A DNA stretch of 64,000 nt, from NCBI GenBank assembly GCA_963840035.1, contig CAWIXE010000001.1, forward strand, positions 448,001 through 512,000. Reading direction: 5' to 3'. Of the stretch, positions 37,074 through 46,879 are shown in pieces (position 1 is the first letter of the stretch; every line of letters begins with the position of its first letter). Origin of the DNA: a candidate division FCPU426 bacterium. Lineage in GTDB: Bacteria > Oederibacteriota > PGYV01 > Palsa-1178. The notes below the pieces were generated by a model. It searched no databases. It saw nothing but the letters and a program-made list of their open reading frames with translations, and was not told the DNA's origin. The translations under genes and the position numbers were made by a program.

Positions 37074-39376
37074 AAAAAAGGGTAATACTGTTTTTTATAG
37101 TATTATTCATATTTGTCCCGCTATTTTTTTTCCGCGGCGGTTTTGAAAAAGGGAAAGTCTTCAACTCATACGACCTATACACCCTTGACGCGGCTTTCAG
37201 GACCTTCGCACAGGACCAGATGCTTCATCACGGGAGTTTTCCTTTATGGATGCCGTATATTTTTGCCGGCATGCCGGCGATCGATTCGGCCAGCGTTCCG
37301 TTCTTATATCCTTCAAACCTGATAACCACACTGCTGGGGATACCTGCGGCTATGACCTTCAATTACGACATGATATTTCATATGCTGCTGGCGGCAGCCG
37401 GAATGTTTTTATTTTTAAGGAAAGCAGTTTCTGAAAAATACGGCGCTGTTTTCGGGGCGCTTGTGTTCATGTGCAGCGGAATCATGGTGTCGTACGTTTC
37501 CGCAGGGCACTTCTGCAATATAGAGGCCGCAACGTATTTTCCGTGGATATTTTATTTTCTTTACAGGGGTACCACGGAAAAAAAGCTCCTCTGGTTCGCG
37601 GGCGCGGGTTTGTGCATAGGCATGCAGGTCGCCGTCATGGGAATGCAGGTGATGACATATAATATGATGGCCGCGGCTGCCTATACGGCATGGCTGGCAT
37701 TGAGGGAAAAAGGAGGGGTAAAAGGGATTTTGTTCCCGGCGGGCGGGCTTGTTTTTGCGCTCCTGGCATGCTTTATTTTTTCTTCGCCGCAGTTGGTGCC
37801 CCTGATGCAGTACGTAAAGGAAACGTGGAGGTGGGGCAGGGGGTATGAATACTTCATATCCTGGTCATTCCCGCCGGCGGAAACAATTACATTCATCCTG
37901 CCGCAGTTCTTCGGGCTGACAGGCGACACTTACTGGGGAACCAGCGGATTCAACGCGAATACGTTCTATATGGGCATAATACCTCTCCTGCTTTTACCGG
38001 CCGCTTTTGCCGCTAAAAGCAGGAGAGGGCCGGCCCTTTTTTTTATCGTTACAGCCGCAGTATTTTTACTGCTTAGCTACGGCGGTTTTACGCCGCTTGC
38101 AAAATTGACGTACAAAATACCGATAATAAACGGTTTCAGGACTGCAAACAGGTACCTGTACGTATTTACCCTGTGCATAACGGCCGTCGCGGCCATTGGG
38201 TTGTCCAATATTTTTAATATGGAAAAAAAAGAGGAAAAAGCCCTGTTAAAAACGGTAAAAATTTCAGCTTCGTGTTTTTTATCAGCCGCCGTTATAATCC
38301 TGATAATGTCACATACATCTTTTATGTTAAACGCGGTGAGCGGCATTTTCAGGCAAATAAAGGGATTTGAATTGGGCAGACCCGGGCTGGACTACATCAT
38401 GTCCATGATAAAACAGGACGCGGCCGCGTTCCTCGCTATCGCGGCTGTTTTTTACGGCGCAATCATGTTTTACCTGCGCAGGGGAGAAAAATACGCGGCG
38501 GCCATCCTGGCGGTAATTTGCGTTGTGCATGCGGCGGACATATACAGGATAGAAAAACAGTACATAACTTACGTAGATGAAAAACAGATAACGGCAAAAA
38601 TGGAAAAGGCATTTGAGTATTTGCGCGGGGACAAAGACATATTCAGGGTCATGGAACCTGGAGGGTCATTCTTCCGTAACATCAATATATTTTACGGGAT
38701 AGAGTTTTTGACCGGATATCACGCCTTTACGCAGGGCAAAGTACTCAAGATGATTGAAGCCGGGGATTTTAACAAACCGTCTGTGGCCCGGGCCTTGAAT
38801 GTGAAATATTATATACTGGCGAAAGGCCCTGCAGTGCAGTCGTCAGGCGGCGGTTACTCTGACGGCGATTTTACCATACAGAGGGACCCTTTATGCAAGC
38901 CCAGGTTTTATGTGGCAGATGAGGTCATAAAATTATCCGGCGACGCAGAGGCATATTCTTACTTTACCTCGCAGGCCTTTAATCCCGGGCAGGCAGTGGT
39001 AACTGCCGCGGACGCGCCTTTATTTGCCCCTCAAAAAGCCTCATACAGGGTGCGGGTATCCGAATACACCCCGTCGCGCATAAAACTTACGGTTGATTCG
39101 GAAAATGACGGCATGCTTGTGATATCAAATTATTTTTACCACAGGTGGAAAGCATTTATTGATAAAAACCCGGTAAAAATTTATAATGTAAATTATCTGG
39201 TAAGCGGGGTGGCTGTAAAGAAAGGCAAAAATGAGGTGCTTTTGTATTACGATGGAAGTTACCTGTGGCCATGGGTCCTGCTGGCGGCAGCGGCTTTTGC
39301 CGGGTTAACAGCCTGGATTATTTATGAACTAAGGAGGAAAAGTGGCACAAAAGGAAAAGGAAAAAAAGGGAAATAG
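37070..39376 (+). CDS. YfhO-family GT-C membrane protein
   Basis: PLWMPYIFAGMP, H..LA..GMFLF, YMG, YfhO-like C-terminus (WKAFID, NYLVSGV.V..G.NEV). Confidence 0.85.
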   Translation: MKKRVILFFIVLFIFVPLFFFRGGFEKGKVFNSYDLYTLDAAFRTFAQDQMLHHGSFPLWMPYIFAGMPAIDSASVPFLYPSNLITTLLGIPAAMTFNYDMIFHMLLAAAGMFLFLRKAVSEKYGAVFGALVFMCSGIMVSYVSAGHFCNIEAATYFPWIFYFLYRGTTEKKLLWFAGAGLCIGMQVAVMGMQVMTYNMMAAAAYTAWLALREKGGVKGILFPAGGLVFALLACFIFSSPQLVPLMQYVKETWRWGRGYEYFISWSFPPAETITFILPQFFGLTGDTYWGTSGFNANTFYMGIIPLLLLPAAFAAKSRRGPALFFIVTAAVFLLLSYGGFTPLAKLTYKIPIINGFRTANRYLYVFTLCITAVAAIGLSNIFNMEKKEEKALLKTVKISASCFLSAAVIILIMSHTSFMLNAVSGIFRQIKGFELGRPGLDYIMSMIKQDAAAFLAIAAVFYGAIMFYLRRGEKYAAAILAVICVVHAADIYRIEKQYITYVDEKQITAKMEKAFEYLRGDKDIFRVMEPGGSFFRNINIFYGIEFLTGYHAFTQGKVLKMIEAGDFNKPSVARALNVKYYILAKGPAVQSSGGGYSDGDFTIQRDPLCKPRFYVADEVIKLSGDAEAYSYFTSQAFNPGQAVVTAADAPLFAPQKASYRVRVSEYTPSRIKLTVDSENDGMLVISNYFYHRWKAFIDKNPVKIYNVNYLVSGVAVKKGKNEVLLYYDGSYLWPWVLLAAAAFAGLTAWIIYELRRKSGTKGKGKKGK

Positions 39377-41663
39377 ACTGTTTATTATCGTAACTGGGGC
39401 ATCGCTCTTCGGGGTTTTGCTGGCGCTTTTTTACGGAGCGTTTACTCCAGGAACTTTCCTTTTTGGGCATGACACGGTAAACATATACATGCCTTTTAAA
39501 ATTTTCGCGCAGCAGGCAGCCGCGAAATTTCACGACATTCCGCTGTGGATGCCGGGCCTGTTTTTAGGCATTCCGCTTATAGCCTCGTCGAGCCTTCTGT
39601 ATTATTATCCCACGGATATTTTTTCAATACTGTTAAACTTAAACGCCCCGTCTTTTTATACCGCCGACATGATTATTCACCTGTTAATAGGTTTTTTCGG
39701 GATGTACCTGTTTTTAAGGCAGCTGAAAATCAGGAGGGAAAGCGCGTTCTTCGGCGGATTGGCCTTTATGCTGTCCGGGTTCATAGTCACTTACGTAAAC
39801 GCGGGGCACTGGAATAATATAAAGGCAGGGGCGCTTATTCCATTCATATTTTATTTTACTGAAAAGGCGATGGCGGAGAAAAAACTGCTGCACCTGCTTA
39901 ACGCTTCCATATTCCTGGCGCTGCAGATACTTTCAACAGGGATGCAGATTATGGCGTATACCTACATGGCGCTGCTTATTTACGCGGGATTCAGGGCGTT
40001 TACAGGGGAATATACCGCCAAAGAAAAAGTGAGGATGCTTGTCTGGATCGGAATCGGTGCTGTTTTTATAGCGCTTTTTTCCGCGCTTCAGCTGCTGCCG
40101 TCCATGGGATACACGAAATACTCCTGGAGGGGCGATTTTACTTACAAAAATTTCATTTCCTGGTCGCTCCCGCCGGCTGAGACAATCACGCTGCTGCTGC
40201 CGCAGTTTTTCGGGATAAAAGAAAATTACTGCGGCTTCATGCTTTTTAACCTCACATCGTATTACGCGGGCGTCATGCCTTATCTGCTGCTGCCGTTTGC
40301 CTTCATGGACGCTAAAAAAAGAAAGATGGCCGCGTTTTTTTCCATGGGAGCAGTCCTTATGCTGCTGCTTTCATACGGCGGAAATACACCGCTTTACCCG
40401 TTATTTTATTATGTGCCGGTCTTTAACCAGTTCAGGAACCCGGCAAGGTTCATGTATATTTTCACCTTCTTTATCCTTGTGCTTGCCGGCATGGGGTTAA
40501 ACAATATTTTTAATATGTCTGAAAATGAGGAAAAAACCCAGCTGCCCAGAAAATTCCTGAAATATACGGCGCTTGCGGCGGCAATTACAGCGGCGGGGCT
40601 GTTCATCATGGCGCTTGATTCAAACCTGTATGGAATGATAGGGGCTTTCTACAAACAGGCGAAATCCACAACCATTGACGCGAACATGGCCGGAAAAATA
40701 GGGGAAGGCATAAGGCAGGATGTGCTTGCGTTTGCGTGCGTATCAGCCATGTTTTTAGCGATGGCGTGGCTGGTGATAAACAAAAAGATGAAAAACACGC
40801 TCTTAGCCGCGGTGATACTGGCGGCAGTCCATTCCGCGGATGTTTTAAGGATTGACAGCAAGTTTATCAGTTACCAGCAGTTTGGAAGCTATGTGCCGGT
40901 ATCAGACGCGTTCTCAAAGGTATTAAAGGAGGACGATTCAATATTCAGGGTATATGATTTCGGCTATTTCTGGCGCGAGATCAGGATGCCCAACATCCAC
41001 CTGTACTATGGAGTGGAAGGGGTTAACGGAATGCACGGCCTGATGCCTTCCAAATTCATAAAAATGTACGATTCGGGTATTTTCGGCATGCCCGCGGTAT
41101 CCGCGTACATGAACATCAAATATCTCATACTTGAGAGCGACGTAAACATTCCCGGGCTGACAAAAGTCGCGGACCAGGGGGCAAAACTTTACAGGAATGA
41201 AAATGTAAGGCCGCGCTTTGAGTTTACCGACAGGTTATACAGGTACGCGGCAGATGACATGATACTGGAGGATATGAAGAAACCGGGATTTGACTTCGGC
41301 GGCGCGGCAACAACGCAGGAGATAACCCTCGCCCCAGGCAAAGAGGCGCTGAAATCCGCCGTCGCGGTTGATTATTACTCGCCCAACCTGATAAAGCTTA
41401 ATGTGGAAACCAATAAAGAGGCGGTTCTGGTCATTAAAAACGCCTATTATCCCCAGTGGAAAGTAAAAGTTGATAATAAAGATGAAAGACTCTATAATGT
41501 CAATTACGCTTTCATGGGTGTAAAAACAGCCCCCGGCAGACACAGCGTGGAAATAAGGTACTCAAAGGACGGTTTTTATCTTGCGCTGTTGCTGACGCTT
41601 TTAGGGGCGATTGCTTACGCGGCCATATTTTATTATACCGCGCGGAAAAGAGAGGAAAAATGA
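39342..41663 (+). CDS. YfhO-family GT-C membrane protein (tandem paralogue)
   Basis: PLWMPGLFLGIP, FISWSLPPAETITLLLPQFFG shared with the upstream paralogue, FRNPARF, YYPQWKVKVD. Confidence 0.85.
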   Translation: MAQKEKEKKGNRLFIIVTGASLFGVLLALFYGAFTPGTFLFGHDTVNIYMPFKIFAQQAAAKFHDIPLWMPGLFLGIPLIASSSLLYYYPTDIFSILLNLNAPSFYTADMIIHLLIGFFGMYLFLRQLKIRRESAFFGGLAFMLSGFIVTYVNAGHWNNIKAGALIPFIFYFTEKAMAEKKLLHLLNASIFLALQILSTGMQIMAYTYMALLIYAGFRAFTGEYTAKEKVRMLVWIGIGAVFIALFSALQLLPSMGYTKYSWRGDFTYKNFISWSLPPAETITLLLPQFFGIKENYCGFMLFNLTSYYAGVMPYLLLPFAFMDAKKRKMAAFFSMGAVLMLLLSYGGNTPLYPLFYYVPVFNQFRNPARFMYIFTFFILVLAGMGLNNIFNMSENEEKTQLPRKFLKYTALAAAITAAGLFIMALDSNLYGMIGAFYKQAKSTTIDANMAGKIGEGIRQDVLAFACVSAMFLAMAWLVINKKMKNTLLAAVILAAVHSADVLRIDSKFISYQQFGSYVPVSDAFSKVLKEDDSIFRVYDFGYFWREIRMPNIHLYYGVEGVNGMHGLMPSKFIKMYDSGIFGMPAVSAYMNIKYLILESDVNIPGLTKVADQGAKLYRNENVRPRFEFTDRLYRYAADDMILEDMKKPGFDFGGAATTQEITLAPGKEALKSAVAVDYYSPNLIKLNVETNKEAVLVIKNAYYPQWKVKVDNKDERLYNVNYAFMGVKTAPGRHSVEIRYSKDGFYLALLLTLLGAIAYAAIFYYTARKREEK

Positions 41664-42364
41664 AAACCCTTATAGTCATACCTACTTACAACGAAAAGGA
41701 AAACATTAGCAAGATCATACCCGCTATTAAGAAGTCATTTAAGCAGGCGCATATACTCGTAGTCGACGACGCCTCGCCTGACGGCACCGGCGCTGCTGTA
41801 AAAGCCATGGCAAAAAAAGACAGTTCCATTAAGCTTATCGAACGCGACGGCAAATACGGGCTGGGTACGGCATATGTGGATGGATTTAAATACGCAGTTA
41901 AAAACAAATACGACTATATATTTGAGATGGACGCGGACTATTCCCACGACCCGAAATACCTGCCGGATTTTATGAACGCCATAAAAGGCGCTGACCTTGT
42001 GGTGGGTTCCAGGTATGTCAACGGCGTCTCAGTAATTAACTGGCCTTTGCGCAGGCTCATGCTGTCAAAATTCGCCAATTTTTACGCCAGGACCATTACC
42101 GGATTGCCCATGACAGACTGCACAAGCGGATTTAAATGTTATAAAAGGAAGGTCCTGGAGGCCATAGACCTAAACTCTATTCATTCCGACGGTTATGCAT
42201 TTCAGATAGAGATGCATTATAAGGCGTGGAAAAAGGGCTTTAAGATAAAAGAAACCCCCATTATATTTGTGGACAGGATAAACGGCACATCAAAGATGTC
42301 AAGGCGGGTCATAGCCGAGGCCGCGTGGATAGTATGGAAGTTAAAGATGGGGATGATAAAATAA
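41660..42364 (+). CDS. Polyprenol-monophosphomannose synthase-like GT2
   Basis: IPTYNE, VVDDASPDGT, GLGTAY, MDADYSHDP, GSRY, DCTSGF, GYAFQIE. Confidence 0.92.
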   Translation: MKTLIVIPTYNEKENISKIIPAIKKSFKQAHILVVDDASPDGTGAAVKAMAKKDSSIKLIERDGKYGLGTAYVDGFKYAVKNKYDYIFEMDADYSHDPKYLPDFMNAIKGADLVVGSRYVNGVSVINWPLRRLMLSKFANFYARTITGLPMTDCTSGFKCYKRKVLEAIDLNSIHSDGYAFQIEMHYKAWKKGFKIKETPIIFVDRINGTSKMSRRVIAEAAWIVWKLKMGMIK

Positions 42365-42428
42365 GCCAAAAGCTCAAAGCCCATAGCCCAAGGGTAATAA
42401 GCCACCTTGAGCTTTGGGCTCTGGGCTA
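42364..42428. repeat. Inverted heptamer arrays (AGCCCAA / TTGGGCT)
   Basis: Begins in the TAA stop codon; same family at 44752-44820. Confidence 0.85.
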
Positions 42429-42449
42429 TGGATTAATCAGGAGGTTTTT

Positions 42450-43415
42450 ATGTCAAAAACAGTTCTAGTAACCGGCGGGGCCGGGTTTATCGGGTCTAAC
42501 TTAAGCGATGAGCTGATAAAGCGCGGGTATAAGGTCATCATAATTGACAGCCTTGTGACAGGGGAAAAGAAATATATAAATAAAGAGGCGAAATTTTATA
42601 AGGGCGATGTGCGCAAAACAAAGGACCTGGATAAGGTATTCAAAAATAAGATAGACGCCATATTCCACATAGCCGGCTGCGCTTCCACCATCAAATCGTT
42701 TGACGACCCTGCCGCTGACCTTTACACAAACGTGCTCGGGACTATAAATATTATAAATTACGCGGTTAAACATAAAGTACCCCGCCTTTTATACGCCTCT
42801 TCCATGACTTCATACGGCGTGCCTGACTCCATACCTGTTAAGGAAACCATGGGCACCAGGCCGATTGCATACTACGGCATTACAAAATACGCGGGGGAGC
42901 GCTATGTGCTTGCCACGGGACTGCGGGAAGACATGGGATTTAAGCTTAACACCACGGCCTTCCGCATGTTTAACGTATACGGCAGGAGGCAGTCGCTTAC
43001 CAACCCTTACCAGGGAGTGGTATCCATATTCATAGGAAACGTGCTCCGCGGCGAGACAGTTAATATTTTCGGGGACGGCGAGCAGTCGCGCGATTATGTG
43101 CACATAAGCGACGTGGCAGAAGCCTGGATATCCGCCATAGACAACCCGAAGGCTTTCGGGGAGGTATTCAACCTGGGTTCAGGCATACGCGTATCAGTCA
43201 ATAAGCTCGTGCATACCATACTCCGGAGTTTTGGAAAATCGCATACCGGGTATGAAATATTACATCATAACGCCAGGCCCGGCGACCAGCGCCACATGCA
43301 GGCAGACATATCAAAAGCCGGGAAGCTGCTCAAGTGGAAGCCGAAGGTTAAATTCGCGGACGGCCTGCTGGACGTCATAAACTGGGCAAGGGAAACAGGA
43401 AAAAAAGGAAGGTAA
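42450..43415 (+). CDS. NAD-dependent epimerase/dehydratase
   Basis: VTGGAGFIGS, YGITK (YxxxK), RMFNVYG, GDGEQSRDYV, RPGD; GGAGG RBS. Confidence 0.92.
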   Translation: MSKTVLVTGGAGFIGSNLSDELIKRGYKVIIIDSLVTGEKKYINKEAKFYKGDVRKTKDLDKVFKNKIDAIFHIAGCASTIKSFDDPAADLYTNVLGTINIINYAVKHKVPRLLYASSMTSYGVPDSIPVKETMGTRPIAYYGITKYAGERYVLATGLREDMGFKLNTTAFRMFNVYGRRQSLTNPYQGVVSIFIGNVLRGETVNIFGDGEQSRDYVHISDVAEAWISAIDNPKAFGEVFNLGSGIRVSVNKLVHTILRSFGKSHTGYEILHHNARPGDQRHMQADISKAGKLLKWKPKVKFADGLLDVINWARETGKKGR

Positions 43416-43420
43416 TTAAT

Positions 43421-43954
43421 GTGATCAGGGCTTTCATAGGAATACCGCTCGAAGACAGCGTAAAAAAGCGCCTGGCCAGCATACTGCCCGATTTTGGAAG
43501 GGTTAAACTTGTTGAAAAGGAAAACCTGCACATCACCCTGAAGTACTTAGGCGACATAGACGAAGCAAACCTTGATAATATCAAAAAGTGCATCGATGAA
43601 GCCGCGGCGGAAACGGAAAAGATCAGCATTACCATAAACTCCATAGAGGCTTTCCCGTCAGTTCCGCGGGCAAAGGTAATGTGGGCAGGCATAGACATAG
43701 GGGCCTATGAGATAGGGCTGGTATTTAAAAACCTGGAAGAGTCCTTAACGGGCATTGGTTTTAAGAAGGAAGAAAGGGATTTTACCGCGCACGTGACAGT
43801 GGCGCGCACAAAAGACTGGATAGACATAAGCTTTACGCAGAATATGAATTTCATAATACCCGGCACAGCAGGGTCATTAGTGCTGTATAAAAGCAAACTC
43901 ACGGCAAACGGTCCGGTGTATGAGGAGCTTTATGTAAGGGAAATGGGTGGGTAG
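43421..43954 (+). CDS. thpR: RNA 2',3'-cyclic phosphodiesterase (2H family)
   Basis: RAFIGI, LHITLKYLG and AHVTVAR HxT motifs, LYKSKL..GPVY. Confidence 0.93.
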   Translation: MIRAFIGIPLEDSVKKRLASILPDFGRVKLVEKENLHITLKYLGDIDEANLDNIKKCIDEAAAETEKISITINSIEAFPSVPRAKVMWAGIDIGAYEIGLVFKNLEESLTGIGFKKEERDFTAHVTVARTKDWIDISFTQNMNFIIPGTAGSLVLYKSKLTANGPVYEELYVREMGG

Positions 43955-44038
43955 TGAGTGGTGGGTAGTGTGTGGCAGGCAGCAAGTAAAAACACATACG
44001 ACTGATGAGATCATTGAGACTATTGAGATTTCTGAGAC
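43946..44038 (+). repeat. G-rich heptamer array followed by a 9-nt TGAGAY array
   Basis: GGTGGGT AGTGAGT GGTGGGT AGTGTGT spanning the thpR stop; TGAGAT/C at 44006, 44015, 44024, 44033. Confidence 0.85.
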
Positions 44039-44075
44039 CAAAGCAAAAATAACTTTTTTATAAGGAAGGCAGCAT

Positions 44076-44753
44076 ATGGTAGTCGAACGCGACACGGTAT
44101 CAAACTACGAGAGATGGTTCTTAACCCCGGCGGGGATGTATACAGACGATAAGGAGAAAGAACTGCTTATTAATTCCATGAGGTTTAAGCGCGGCGAACG
44201 CGTGCTTGAGATAGGCTGCGGCACGGGCAGGACGCTGGAATACCTCACAGACCTCGGAATGGATGCCGTGGGAGTGGAACCTGTGGATGACCTCATAAAA
44301 AAGGCGCGGTTAAAATCCACCATAAAGCAGGACCAGGTGATAAAATCCGCGTATGAAAAAATACCTGTGGCTGACGGGTCGTTCGAGAACGTGATATTCA
44401 TGTCGACCTTTGCCTTTGCCAATGACAGGCAGGCGGCCCTTAAGGAAGCGTACAGGATAGCATCCAAAAAAGTAGGCATAGGGTTTTTAAATAAAAACTC
44501 ACTGACAAACCTCTTCAAGGCAAAAGAAAGAAGGATGGTATATCAGGACGCGGCGCCTCTTTCAGGCGAAGAGATGACGGCAATTGCGAGGGAAGCGTTA
44601 AAGGGAAGGGAAAAGGAATATGAAATACAGATAAGGTATACCCTGTATATGCCTGTAAAGGTCGGGTATATGTTCTCTTTTGTTGATGACATGCTGGAAA
44701 AGATGAACCTGCCTCTCGGGGATTTCGGGATGGCGGTTATTAAGAAAAAATAG
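44076..44753 (+). CDS. Class I SAM-dependent methyltransferase
   Basis: YERWF.TP.G, VLEIGCGTG, IPVADGSF, ALKEAYR. Confidence 0.88.
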   Translation: MVVERDTVSNYERWFLTPAGMYTDDKEKELLINSMRFKRGERVLEIGCGTGRTLEYLTDLGMDAVGVEPVDDLIKKARLKSTIKQDQVIKSAYEKIPVADGSFENVIFMSTFAFANDRQAALKEAYRIASKKVGIGFLNKNSLTNLFKAKERRMVYQDAAPLSGEEMTAIAREALKGREKEYEIQIRYTLYMPVKVGYMFSFVDDMLEKMNLPLGDFGMAVIKKK

Positions 44754-44820
44754 ACCAAAGCCCATAGCTCAAAGCCCAAGGGGTAATACCTTCCCTGGGC
44801 TTTGGGATTTGGGCTCTTGG
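44752..44820. repeat. Inverted heptamer arrays (AGCCCAA / TTGGGCT)
   Basis: Starts in the TAG stop; shares AGCCCAAGGG(G)TAATA core with 42364. Confidence 0.85.
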
Positions 44821-44839
44821 ATTCTGCGTGGAGGCTCCA

Positions 44840-45772
44840 TTGGCGGTTATCGGTTTCATGTTCACAGCGGCCGGGTATCAGTATGTGAACCTCGGCAAGA
44901 AGGCATACGACTCCTCCTGGTCAATGAGGCAGTATTATGACAGGGTGGAGAAAAAATACCCTGACTACAAGATAAACAAGCTTTCGTTCATCGGGCCGGA
45001 AGAGGAGCTCATGCGCGAGGATAACGGCATTATCATAAACGCGGTTTATCAGCGGGGCATAGTGGATATTCTGAAGGATTATAAGACATTTCCGGAGCAG
45101 CTCTTCGGATACAAGTCCGGGGAAATAATGGCGCTTGTATGCGCGGAGGCCATATCTTTTGACGACGCTATGGCGTTCCTTTTCAAAAAAAGGGAAATAG
45201 TGGCGCAGGACGTGGGAAGGGATTTTTTCAGCCACATACTTGTAAATACTGTGGCAGTGGCATCAGTGGAAAAGATAATTTATGAATTAAGGGCGTCCAT
45301 AAAGGCCGATGTGGTTTCATATAACGGCAAGGACTCGACGGTTATAGTATGCGAAACAAAGTCAAAGGATAAACTGGTGGATGTATTTAAAAAGCTCGGC
45401 GGCTCGATAATCGACGTGTCGCACGAGGAGTTCGCGTGCTTCCCGATGCTAAAACCCGTGGCTGAGAAATTAAAGGAAGAGTTCCTGAAAATCCCCATGG
45501 ACAAACCCATCAAAAGGGTGATATGCCAGACAACAGGAGAGTTTTATGAGAATGTGCAGGAGATAAAGGACAGGTTCCTCGATTATATCTGGAAACCCTC
45601 CCGGCTGGACCTTGCGCTGGAGACCATGATAAAAAACGGGGTAAATACTTTCGTGGAAATAGGCGCGGGCACGTTCCTCTCAAGGATGTCCAGAAAACGC
45701 GACAGCGGAAAAAGAAGTTTAAACACAAACGACCTGGGAGAACTAAGTAAGACAGTAAAACTAGCGAATTAG
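44840..45772 (+). CDS. FabD (malonyl-CoA:ACP transacylase)-like protein with degenerate active site
   Basis: Colinear with FabD (GPEEEL, GE..ALVCA, MLKPVAEKL, FVEIGAG.FL) but has GYKSGE for GHSxGE. TTG start after GGAGG. Confidence 0.8.
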   Translation: MAVIGFMFTAAGYQYVNLGKKAYDSSWSMRQYYDRVEKKYPDYKINKLSFIGPEEELMREDNGIIINAVYQRGIVDILKDYKTFPEQLFGYKSGEIMALVCAEAISFDDAMAFLFKKREIVAQDVGRDFFSHILVNTVAVASVEKIIYELRASIKADVVSYNGKDSTVIVCETKSKDKLVDVFKKLGGSIIDVSHEEFACFPMLKPVAEKLKEEFLKIPMDKPIKRVICQTTGEFYENVQEIKDRFLDYIWKPSRLDLALETMIKNGVNTFVEIGAGTFLSRMSRKRDSGKRSLNTNDLGELSKTVKLAN

Positions 45773-45798
45773 TGTATTTAGTATTGGTTTTAGTTTTC

Positions 45799-45823
45799 GT
45801 AGGGGCGAGCCGGTGGCTCGCCC
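45799..45823 (+). repeat. GTAG-REP single copy
   Basis: GTAGGGGCGAGCCGGTGGCTCGCCC, identical to the 9294 and 15075 copies. Confidence 0.9.
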
Positions 45824-45827
45824 GGCT

Positions 45828-46409
45828 TTAAAGTACTAGTTTTTCCGTAAACTCCAAAAGACCCGCATAATCCCCATTATCCGCTTCCTTCAAACAATGG
45901 ATATACCTCTTCCGTATATCCGTGGTCTCAACCATATCCTTATCCGGCCAAAGCGGCAGCTTTTTCCCGCGCCCCGACAGGAAAATATCAGCTATCATTC
46001 GGGCGTGCCTGCCATTGCCGTTTAAGAACGGGTGAATGCGCACAAGTCTGTGGTGTATGCGGACGCTTTGTTCTAAAATATTTACATTTTTAGATTTTTC
46101 CCAGAAGGCAATATCGTCGCATAATTTTTTAATCTCAACCGGGATTGCAAACCATTCAACGCCAAGGTTCAGGTTTTCTTTCCTGAAACTTCCGGCCCAT
46201 TTCCATGTAAGGCCGAACATTTCTTTATGGACCGCGGTTATCAGGCCGGGAGAAATAGCCCTTTTGCGCGATGTCTTTAAGTACCTGTTGTAAGCTTTAA
46301 GGATATTTTCAGCTTCCCATTCATCCAGCGCGGATTTTACCGTGATGCCTGAAGGTATCAAACCTGACAGGTCGTTTATGGGCGTGGAATCCTCCGGTGT
46401 TTTTAACAA
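45828..46409 (-). CDS. Mobile mystery protein B (Fic family)
   Basis: STP..LSGLIP..LDEWEAENI, HKEMFG..WKWAGSFR, Fic motif HPFLNGNGRHAR. Confidence 0.85.
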   Translation of the reverse strand: MLKTPEDSTPINDLSGLIPSGITVKSALDEWEAENILKAYNRYLKTSRKRAISPGLITAVHKEMFGLTWKWAGSFRKENLNLGVEWFAIPVEIKKLCDDIAFWEKSKNVNILEQSVRIHHRLVRIHPFLNGNGRHARMIADIFLSGRGKKLPLWPDKDMVETTDIRKRYIHCLKEADNGDYAGLLEFTEKLVL

Positions 46410-46410
46410 T

Positions 46411-46863
46411 CTAGTCCTCCCACAGGAATGAACCGGGATGCAAAGCGTATTCTTCGGTCAATTCTTTTAAACGGTCGTCATAATTTTTTCCGGATGGAGC
46501 CTGTTTTTCAAGGGCCATGGTTCCGTAAACCCTGTCTAATGCCTGTTTTGCCTTAAGTGCGGCCCTGGACCTTACGGTTTTTTCAAGGGGCTCAGATACC
46601 GATAAGCTAAACATAAGGTTTAGGTTAAGCGCAGCCAGGACATGAGTAATGGTTTTAATACTTGATGATTCAATGTGTTTTTCTATCTTATTTAATGTCG
46701 GAGCCGACACTTTAAGGTGCTTTGCCATCTGCCTCTGTGTCATACCAAGCGCGTCACGCACTTGTTTTATATACACGCCAAGCCCTGAAGGGGATATAAG
46801 AGCCCCTTTTTGTAATGAATCTGAAAGCTGTTTAAGCCTTTGTTTATTCATTTGTCTGTTCAT
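46411..46863 (-). CDS. Mobile mystery protein A (XRE HTH)
   Basis: IKQVRDALGMTQRQMA..L.VS..IE, TMALEKQ, C-terminal LWED; GGAGG RBS; paired with the Fic gene. Confidence 0.85.
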   Translation of the reverse strand: MNRQMNKQRLKQLSDSLQKGALISPSGLGVYIKQVRDALGMTQRQMAKHLKVSAPTLNKIEKHIESSSIKTITHVLAALNLNLMFSLSVSEPLEKTVRSRAALKAKQALDRVYGTMALEKQAPSGKNYDDRLKELTEEYALHPGSFLWED

Positions 46864-46879
46864 ATTACCTCCAAATAAG

